A stretch of 49,998 nucleotides of DNA from a virus. Taxonomy: Duplodnaviria > Caudoviricetes. This document shows positions 1-6,555 of the stretch, one piece after another (the first letter of the stretch is position 1; each line of letters opens with the position of its first letter). The stretch is from IMG/VR virus record IMGVR_UViG_3300032373_000017, positions 1 to 49,998 of that record, one strand, 5' to 3'. Under the pieces are notes generated by a model. The model searched no databases, was not told the DNA's origin, and saw only the letters and a list, made by a program, of their open reading frames with translations. A program made the translations under genes and the position numbers.

Positions 1-579
1 ATTGAGCGTGCCGCTATGTGTTCTAATTTCCACACTACCTTGTTCTGCTAAAGGTAGGAAATTAAACCCTGTATACTTACATCCATGCCTAATAAATCTA
101 TGCATATCTCTAGAGGCAAAGCAAACTCCTGATTGCTTAACTTGCTCAGTGGCATGAGATAGGCCTGGACAATAGATATTGTCATATCTATCCTTCACCC
201 CTACATAATACAAGGCAGGTTCTAGCATAGTGTATATACGATAGAGGGATTCTATCTGCACAACAGTCATATCTCTACAATCAATATGACAATGCAATGA
301 GCATCTATGTGATAGAGATAGATTACTAAATGTAGACAATACTTCACTCAAAGCATCAACACTAACACTCAACTCTTCCCCTCGTAAAGGGGCTTTATGT
401 ACAAACTCTATACCATTATTGCGTAGAGAGTGGTCAGGGATTATGTTCCAAGTATCTAGAAATCTATCAGGTACTCTAGCAAATTCATCCCAACCTTCCA
501 CCTCTAATTCCAATCCCATAAACACTTCTTTATTAGGACTAGGCAGTGGATGACCAAACACCTCACTCACTGTATTCAT
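1..579 (-). CDS. Amidoligase (COOH-NH2 ligase superfamily), N-terminal part; runs off the window start
   Basis: Not in ORF track; translated by hand from ATG 579: MNTVSEVFGH...MGLELEVE...DHSLRNNGIEFV...CSLHCHID...KYTGFN...SVEIRTHSGTLN, the amidoligase motif set. Confidence 0.85.
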   Translation of the reverse strand, partial: MNTVSEVFGHPLPSPNKEVFMGLELEVEGWDEFARVPDRFLDTWNIIPDHSLRNNGIEFVHKAPLRGEELSVSVDALSEVLSTFSNLSLSHRCSLHCHIDCRDMTVVQIESLYRIYTMLEPALYYVGVKDRYDNIYCPGLSHATEQVKQSGVCFASRDMHRFIRHGCKYTGFNFLPLAEQGSVEIRTHSGTLN

Positions 580-1123
580 AACTCCACCCCTCTAAGTCAG
601 GAAGTTTTAGTTTAGTTTTAGGTTTAATTATCTTATCTGTATGACTAACAACTCCACCTACAGGTAGAGTTCTAAACCATAATATGTCACCAACAACAGC
701 AAAGTCTCTGTTTATAACACCCTCTCCAAGCTCTCTATTCGGTGGTAGGAAGTGAGAGGCAATAGCCATACAGAAGATAGAAGGTACACTAACAGGGCGT
801 ATAGAGCCATCCTCTGACAGCTTATACGAGAATAGGGTAGAGTTTCTCAACCCCCTACGCCATTGACGCTGGGCCACTCTAGCTACATAATAGATAGAGT
901 TATCGCTATGTCTAAACATACCTAAATCAGAATTAACTAGACGTAGCCTATTTATACCTACTCTGTATTCCATACCTTCTATATCTATAACCACAGCCTC
1001 ATCTTCACTAGTAAAGTGCTGTATTCTAACAGTGGTTAGTGTGGATAGATTATCACTTTCTAGCAGGCAATAGGTTTCAGCATAGCTGGCATTCCTATCA
1101 TCTACAGTCATCTCCTCAAGCAT
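563..1123 (-). CDS. Hypothetical protein of the peptide-ligase cluster
   Basis: Track ORF 563..1165; ATG 1123 follows GGGGA and overlaps the upstream stop. Confidence 0.75.
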   Translation of the reverse strand: MLEEMTVDDRNASYAETYCLLESDNLSTLTTVRIQHFTSEDEAVVIDIEGMEYRVGINRLRLVNSDLGMFRHSDNSIYYVARVAQRQWRRGLRNSTLFSYKLSEDGSIRPVSVPSIFCMAIASHFLPPNRELGEGVINRDFAVVGDILWFRTLPVGGVVSHTDKIIKPKTKLKLPDLEGWSYEYSE

Positions 1124-1931
1124 ATCCGTCCCCCTTGCTAAGAGCGTTATGAATAATAGTTTCAATAGAAGGCATCAACACTTGTGCCCTTTCTACATCA
1201 CTGTTATTTATAATATCAATAACAGTGGCTTCTTTAGCTAACAAACGAAGCTTTGGTAATAACACTCCATGCTGCTCCACACATAGCTTTGTAACATCAA
1301 ATACATACCGCTGTCGTGCAAAGTTGGAAGTCCAGAAATTACCTAACGTGCGATATTCTCCTCCATATTCTTTTATACGACAACAACCAGCTTTTCCATA
1401 TAAGTTGCGGCGAAACAAATCACGATCAGTGATTACACTCCACAAGCCTAGCGTAGCATCTAAACATTTAACTATATTTGTAGTCTCTTCTAGAGAAGGG
1501 TTTACATAGCTAAAGTGTACATGTCCTGCTGCTGTTCTTAGAACAGTTCTTGCTGAAGGTTTTGGATTCTCCTCTTGTGTGTATACATTGAAATCTGGCA
1601 TACAGCCCATCTCCATGGCCATACCACCCCAACCTAGCAACTGCTCTTTGGTGTAATGATGACTACTCTTAGTCACTGTTACATACCCTTGGGAGGCTAA
1701 CACTGATGATAGCTTGTTTTTAACCACACTAAGCTTGGTTTGCCAAGCATCTACATCATCACAAGGATCTATAGCCATTTCAGCCAACACATTATCCTCT
1801 TGTAGATTGCCATGCTCCACTAGAACAGGGGTGCTTTTACTACCCCCTATTAGTCCGATGGCACTACCAACCTCACCACCTTTAGATACAAAGAACTCTA
1901 CATCACTTCCAATCTGTTTTAAGATAGCCAT
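1116..1931 (-). CDS. phiEco32-like COOH-NH2 ligase type 2
   Basis: IGSDVEFF, GGSK, QEDNVLAE, GCMPDFN, RTAAGHVH, RRNLYGKAG, YGGEYRTLGNFW motifs. Confidence 0.9.
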   Translation of the reverse strand: MAILKQIGSDVEFFVSKGGEVGSAIGLIGGSKSTPVLVEHGNLQEDNVLAEMAIDPCDDVDAWQTKLSVVKNKLSSVLASQGYVTVTKSSHHYTKEQLLGWGGMAMEMGCMPDFNVYTQEENPKPSARTVLRTAAGHVHFSYVNPSLEETTNIVKCLDATLGLWSVITDRDLFRRNLYGKAGCCRIKEYGGEYRTLGNFWTSNFARQRYVFDVTKLCVEQHGVLLPKLRLLAKEATVIDIINNSDVERAQVLMPSIETIIHNALSKGDGYA

Positions 1932-1932
1932 A

Positions 1933-2502
1933 TTAATCCCACTCCATTTCTAATTCATCTGTAGTTGCTCTTGCAACAGGAATATGAGAAGACCTGCTGG
2001 TGCTATCCACTAGCTGATAAGTATAATCTGTTAGGTCTTCAGGAAGAGAGGGGAGGATTGGAACACTCTCTGTATTTTTAGACACTTCAAATACTTTTAT
2101 AGTAAACTCCCCCCCTGTCCACCCAACAGTGTTAACATCATGCACATTTCTACTAGCCATAGCTAATTTATCTGCTAATCCTCCTAATAATTTAGCATCT
2201 CTCCATCGACGCTCTTCATCGCCAAACCAAGCTGCTGGAGCAGATAATATAAACTTCCAACTATACGCCTCTTCACATTTCTTTAGACCATATTGTCTAG
2301 TTAGAACATTAGCTAAACAGCTAAGCATGTTATACAGTTCATCTATATTACCACTGCTGTTCGTGCTCATCTCCCCAACAGCGATAGAAGAACAATCTTG
2401 AGGTAGATTGATGACTTTAGCAGCTAAGTATAACTTCTCTCCATACGAGTTTGTTTTTTGGCTATTAATATATAAAGTGGATTGTGTATTATAGCGAAAC
2501 AT
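1933..2502 (-). CDS. Hypothetical early protein
   Basis: 189-aa ORF with AAGGT RBS, packed in operon. Confidence 0.7.
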   Translation of the reverse strand: MFRYNTQSTLYINSQKTNSYGEKLYLAAKVINLPQDCSSIAVGEMSTNSSGNIDELYNMLSCLANVLTRQYGLKKCEEAYSWKFILSAPAAWFGDEERRWRDAKLLGGLADKLAMASRNVHDVNTVGWTGGEFTIKVFEVSKNTESVPILPSLPEDLTDYTYQLVDSTSRSSHIPVARATTDELEMEWD

Positions 2503-2513
2503 ATTGCATACCT

Positions 2514-2618
2514 TTACAAATGAATTAAATGTTTATGCTTCTCAATAAAAGAAGCGCATTCTTTACGAGTTTTAAAGCGAATAAGTGGAATGGCATTGTA
2601 TGTCACATCCCACCACAT
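2514..2618 (-). CDS. Small hypothetical protein (34 aa)
   Basis: MWWDVTYNAIPLIRFKTRKEC...; fills the gap between flanking genes. Confidence 0.5.
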   Translation of the reverse strand: MWWDVTYNAIPLIRFKTRKECASFIEKHKHLIHL

Positions 2619-2619
2619 T

Positions 2620-3186
2620 TTACTGGGACTTCTGGTTATCTCCATTGTCTGATTCCTTATCTTCAACATGTGCATTAATGTCAGCTACATGAGCATTAAG
2701 CTTCTTCTGTAATCTCCTAACCCCACGAGCTAGGAATAACAACCCAACAGAGGAGAATATAACAGAGAAGACTACAGGGGCCCATATAAGAGCTTCGATG
2801 ATGATACCTAGTATTGTGCTACAGACTACGATTCCTAAAGGTACGCAAAATAACATAAAACCTATGCCTACGTCTAGCTTATACTTTACAGTGTCTAGCT
2901 TATACCATTTATCACACCAGTCTAAATACACCCAGTCCCCAGAAGTCTGTAACCTCTCAGGTAAGTAGCATCTACACTCACTCTGTTCTAAATCTACATT
3001 TCTGCAACACTCAGGTACTACATCTACAGCTTTCTTGTCTTCCACAAAACACCACAACCCCACCCCAATCCAATACAAAAGATAGCAGAGAAGAGCAATG
3101 AGAGATAGTGTGACGCCCACACTACTAAACCCATACACATAATTAACACTAAAAGCACTAGACATCCAATTAAATAATATTTCCAC
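2620..3186 (-). CDS. Predicted membrane protein
   Basis: GTG after AAGGAGG; several hydrophobic segments. Confidence 0.75.
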   Translation of the reverse strand: MEILFNWMSSAFSVNYVYGFSSVGVTLSLIALLCYLLYWIGVGLWCFVEDKKAVDVVPECCRNVDLEQSECRCYLPERLQTSGDWVYLDWCDKWYKLDTVKYKLDVGIGFMLFCVPLGIVVCSTILGIIIEALIWAPVVFSVIFSSVGLLFLARGVRRLQKKLNAHVADINAHVEDKESDNGDNQKSQ

Positions 3187-3320
3187 ACTCTATCCCTCCT
3201 TATGGGCATTAATATCAACCTTGAAATTGCTTAGGGGTTCCATGTTACTTTCCTTCTGGTTCTTGAATATTATTCAGTTGTTGTTTAGCTTCATCAAGTT
3301 GTGATGACAATTATGCATCT

Positions 3321-3464
3321 CTAAGCTCCCTTCAATAAATTGTTAGCTGTATTGTACACACTAGACCAATACGTACGGCGCTTAGTTCCCTGCATATACT
3401 TGTTGCATTGAATAGCAGCATGCATACGAATTGTTTCATTAAGCTTTCTGTTTTGTTCAGTCAT
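3321..3464 (-). CDS. Small hypothetical protein (47 aa)
   Basis: MTEQNRKLNETIRMH...; TAATG overlap with upstream gene, GGAG RBS. Confidence 0.6.
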   Translation of the reverse strand: MTEQNRKLNETIRMHAAIQCNKYMQGTKRRTYWSSVYNTANNLLKGA

Positions 3465-3673
3465 TACAGATTCTCCAGTTTGTACGCATCAATCCTACGC
3501 TGTACTCGCTTGTTAGTTAAAGCTACATGTTCCGTTTGTAGCTGTTCAACACTCTTCAAAGCACCATGTTCAATGCCATATACTTTATCTAAAGCATTGT
3601 CTAAAGTGTAGATGAATACACCACCAACTCCAAGACATAGCAGAATAGCCCTGATACCTTGTTTCATACTCAC
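3464..3673 (-). CDS. Small protein with N-terminal membrane anchor
   Basis: GTG after AGGAG; hydrophobic N-terminus. Confidence 0.65.
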   Translation of the reverse strand: MSMKQGIRAILLCLGVGGVFIYTLDNALDKVYGIEHGALKSVEQLQTEHVALTNKRVQRRIDAYKLENL

Positions 3674-3687
3674 TCTCTCCTATTAGC

Positions 3688-4203
3688 CTAGCTATAGGCT
3701 ACTTTAGATTTATTATTAATCTCAGTTACAACACCAGCAACTAAAGCCATAGCCTTAGCCCCCTCTTCACTTAAAGGGTGCTCTTTGTTGTGTCTCTTTA
3801 GTGTAGACAATACAGTTGCAAGATAGCGCCCTTCATTCCACACACTAGCTTCTTTATCCTCTTTCTCAAAGAATGGACTAGCTTCGGCTTCCATAACTAT
3901 CTTAATCTTCTCAAAGCTATGAATCTGAGGCATTTTACCTTTATAGCCACCCTTCCCGCCGTGACTATTTGCATCCCACTTCACGGTTTTCAAGTGTTTT
4001 GTAATCCAAAACTTCAGAGCATTACCACGTGCAGATCGAGGCATTGCATGGACTAATTCACTGATTAAAGTTGTGTCCCCACACTGTAAAAAATGGGCTA
4101 CACCAGCCACACCGACAGCGTGGATACGTTCATCTAATTTCTTTCCAGCTTCGCTGATTAGCTTGATTTTCTTCATACCGTCTTTAATTGATAATACGTT
4201 CAT
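3688..4203 (-). CDS. Conserved podovirus early protein
   Basis: ATG 4203 after GGAGA; H..QCGDTT...MPRSARGNALKFW pattern recalled from podovirus early genes. Confidence 0.75.
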   Translation of the reverse strand: MNVLSIKDGMKKIKLISEAGKKLDERIHAVGVAGVAHFLQCGDTTLISELVHAMPRSARGNALKFWITKHLKTVKWDANSHGGKGGYKGKMPQIHSFEKIKIVMEAEASPFFEKEDKEASVWNEGRYLATVLSTLKRHNKEHPLSEEGAKAMALVAGVVTEINNKSKVAYS

Positions 4204-4224
4204 GACATTCTCCAATATAATTAA

Positions 4225-4275
4225 ATAGCTTAATACATAAGCACTCTATTAAATGAATGCGTATGTCTAAACCAA
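4225..4275 (-). promoter_or_regulatory. Long imperfect hairpin, candidate RNase III processing site
   Basis: UGGUUUA-G-ACAUA-C-GCAUUC / GAGUGC-U-UAUGU-AU-UAAGCUA stem just upstream of an early RBS. Confidence 0.5.
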
Positions 4276-4367
4276 CTAACTAAGCATGACTAGACACCAA
4301 CACACAAAGTGTGATAGCAGCTTGATTATACCTAGTTAATATAGAATAGAGATTGTATTGTTTGTTT

Positions 4368-4625
4368 AATGTTAGCGCACTAGCGCCAGTGATTACCCTC
4401 TAAGTGACATTATAGAGAGAAGCTTGCCCAATCGTACCGGCTAAGCTTTTCAGTTTGTATGCCCCGTTACAATGCCTTACATGTATACACCGTGAAGCGT
4501 AGACAATAGACAATGTAAGTTACAAACCTACACCAGCTTATTAGACGAAACTGGTACGTCACTACTAGCCCTTAGTAGTCAAGTGAGGTGTTTAACGCCA
4601 CTCTCCACGCTTTCTTTAACATCTT
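4368..4625 (-). ncRNA. Candidate structured leader or ncRNA (multi-stem)
   Basis: At least five hairpins plus a 5'/3' closing helix downstream of a consensus promoter; no long ORF. Confidence 0.5.
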
Positions 4626-4639
4626 ATCTATACCCCCAT

Positions 4640-4667
4640 ATTATAGGGGTATAATTTAAGAAGTCAA
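4640..4667 (-). promoter_or_regulatory. Sigma70 early promoter with palindrome over the -10
   Basis: TTGACT-16-TATAAT; inverted repeat TATACCCC...GGGGTATA at 4629-4653. Confidence 0.75.
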
Positions 4668-4671
4668 GCAA

Positions 4672-4842
4672 TTAAAACATATTTCTTTCGTATTCTTCAA
4701 ACATATCACCATAGGCAACATCTAGACCTATGTCCCAACAAATAGAGCGGTCTACAATATCACCAAACATATCGGACATATGCTCTGGCGTATAGAACAA
4801 TGTAACATTTAAATCTCCATCAAATCCAATATCTTCAAACAT
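4672..4842 (-). CDS. Very acidic 56-aa protein, first gene of the early arm
   Basis: MFEDIGFDGD...DMFEEYERNMF; 14 D/E versus 2 R; own promoter upstream. Confidence 0.6.
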   Translation of the reverse strand: MFEDIGFDGDLNVTLFYTPEHMSDMFGDIVDRSICWDIGLDVAYGDMFEEYERNMF

Positions 4843-4893
4843 ACTAATGATGTCCCAAAAAATGCAAAGCTGTATGCTTTGTCGATGGGATTA

Positions 4894-4921
4894 ATACTAC
4901 TATATTCAAGAAATAATGCAA
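4894..4921 (-). promoter_or_regulatory. Sigma70 early promoter
   Basis: TTGCAT-16-TAGTAT. Confidence 0.5.
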
Positions 4922-5025
4922 AGAACACTTTGTTATATTAAATTGAATGCTTATAACCTGGCTCTTATGATACCTTATATAATAGTAGTCTGATCTTGAC
5001 TAGCACATTAGAGCGTAGCGAACAA

Positions 5026-5041
5026 CTGTTATTATATACAG
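5026..5041. promoter_or_regulatory. LexA (SOS) box
   Basis: CTGT-TATTATAT-ACAG matches CTGT-N8-ACAG. Confidence 0.65.
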
Positions 5042-5052
5042 TGTTATATATA

Positions 5053-5068
5053 AGCAAATAGTGTGCCA
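5053..5068 (-). promoter_or_regulatory. Sigma54 (RpoN) -24/-12 site
   Basis: TGGCAC-ACTAT-TTGCT on the - strand. Confidence 0.55.
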
Positions 5069-5153
5069 TTCAACGATCTAATTGAAGGAATAGGAAGGGT
5101 AGAGTAAACAGTTAACAGCCCGTACAGGGCACTACAGAGCGTCTCAGCACTAC

Positions 5154-5169
5154 CTGTATATATAGACAG
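5154..5169. promoter_or_regulatory. LexA (SOS) box
   Basis: CTGT-ATATATAG-ACAG, one mismatch from CTGTATATATATACAG. Confidence 0.75.
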
Positions 5170-5225
5170 CACTTATGTTGCACATTACTTATTATTAACT
5201 TGCGTATAACTACTTGTTTAAACTA

Positions 5226-5348
5226 GCGAAACTATTGATTGCGAAACTAAATGTTAATGCGAATGAGTTTGATTTGTATTATAACTACAATTAATAGTTG
5301 CGAATGATAATATAAATACAAATGATAATAGTTATTAGTTGCGAATGT
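5226..5348 (+). repeat. Five GCGAA-core direct repeats
   Basis: GCGAAACTA at 5226 and 5241; GCGAATG at 5259, 5300, 5341. Confidence 0.6.
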
Positions 5349-5406
5349 TAATGATTATTATATGCAGGTGTAAATGATAATTGTTATCGTGTGAGAATTA
5401 TTCTTA
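5303..5406. promoter_or_regulatory. Array of Fur-box-like sites
   Basis: 7-1-7 TGATAAT-N-ATTATCA matches at 5323 (12/14), 5352 (10/14), 5375 (12/14), 5392 (11/14); half site at 5305. Confidence 0.6.
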
Positions 5407-5710
5407 ATAGGGGGTAGCTGTAGAAAGTATTAACAGAGGGGGTAGAGGGGGGAGTGGGTTGCGTGAGTGTAGTGCATTTAACCTTAAAAAATTCTCACAG
5501 AAATTACAGCTTTCAGCGAGTACAATTGTAATTGTTATACAGATGGGGGAGTATGTATATATATAATTCCCACATCCTAGCATAGCGTGTTAATTGTGCT
5601 TAAGCACCTTTCTCCCCTAAGGGGGATGGATAGAGTTAGACACGCTAGGCTTATCCCACCCATCGCAATAGCGAATATGTAAAGAGTTTTGTAAAGAATT
5701 GTAATTTTAC

Positions 5711-5739
5711 TTGTTTTTTAAAAAAAAGTATGCTATACT
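5711..5739 (+). promoter_or_regulatory. Promoter for the packaging/structural arm
   Basis: TTGTTT-17-TATACT with extended -10 TG. Confidence 0.65.
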
Positions 5740-5764
5740 AGTTACATAACAACAACAATACTAC

Positions 5765-5982
5765 TGTTACCCTAGTAACAACTAACTAGTTATACTCCTT
5801 AGGGAAACTATATTTAATATTCCTTTAAGGGAATATTAAATTATTATAGTTATAATAAACACTTTACTTCGTAAAGACAAATACAATAAGAATCCCTTAA
5901 GGATTCTTTATTAATAAATATACAATCTAATACTAAATACTCTGCATTTAGTATTATAGAATAATCACCTTATGGTGATTAT
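5765..5982. repeat. Array of about nine AT-rich inverted repeats
   Basis: e.g. ATTTAATATTCC/GGAATATTAAAT, TAATACTAAAT/ATTTAGTATTA, ATAATCACC/GGTGATTAT. Confidence 0.8.
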
Positions 5983-6033
5983 GTATATTAACACTTACAA
6001 GCATATGCAAGACATATGCATAAAGGAACGATA

Positions 6034-6555
6034 GTGACTAAGCTTGTAGAAAGAGAAAGAGATAAATTCCGTGGTTATGGCAATAAGCCACTCACGGAAG
6101 CTTTATTTATAGAAACCTGCACAGATAAAGAAACTGCCTTGTACACCTTGTCTGTTCAAGACAGACGTGTACATGATGTATTCTACCCTTCCCTGCATAA
6201 GAGATATGTTGAATTAGCTGATGTTGCAGAGCATAACTTTGCAACATTATATTTTGAAGGGTATACACATTGGCTTAAGATAAAAAGCTTAAAGTTCTTC
6301 GAACCATTCTATGCTGCAATGGTTGAAGAGTTGAATGCTAAGCTTCGTGGAGAAGCTATTAACTTGATGCTAGAGCAGATGCGAGACGGCTCTGCAAACC
6401 AAAGCACTCTCAAATATCTTGCAGACAATGACTACATCCCTAAAGCTACCAGAGGTAGGCCAAAGAAGGATGAGTTGGCTAAGGAGATTAAGAAACAAGC
6501 AACAGCTAATCTAGCTATTGTAAAAGACTTAGAGAGAATTAAACATAATGGCTAA
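6034..6555 (+). CDS. terS: Terminase small subunit (putative)
   Basis: Directly precedes and overlaps terL; GTG 6034 after AAAGGA; C-terminal RGRPKK. Confidence 0.75.
   Translation: MTKLVERERDKFRGYGNKPLTEALFIETCTDKETALYTLSVQDRRVHDVFYPSLHKRYVELADVAEHNFATLYFEGYTHWLKIKSLKFFEPFYAAMVEELNAKLRGEAINLMLEQMRDGSANQSTLKYLADNDYIPKATRGRPKKDELAKEIKKQATANLAIVKDLERIKHNG

Noticed and set aside
4530-4562. GACGAAAC suggesting a hammerhead ribozyme
   Set aside because: No CUGANGA core at a suitable position on that strand
4368-4625. Cobalamin riboswitch, tRNA or tmRNA identity for the structured leader
   Set aside because: No B12 box, T-loop/cloverleaf or tag-reading frame recognisable
5228-5240. IHF site (AATCAATAGTTTC on - strand)
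   Set aside because: Mismatch in the TTR element, and such matches are common in AT-rich DNA
5220-5410. CRISPR or mini-array
   Set aside because: Repeats are only 5-12 bp with irregular short spacing; no cas genes
5651-5659. DnaA box
   Set aside because: TTATCCCAC does not match TTATCCACA and is single
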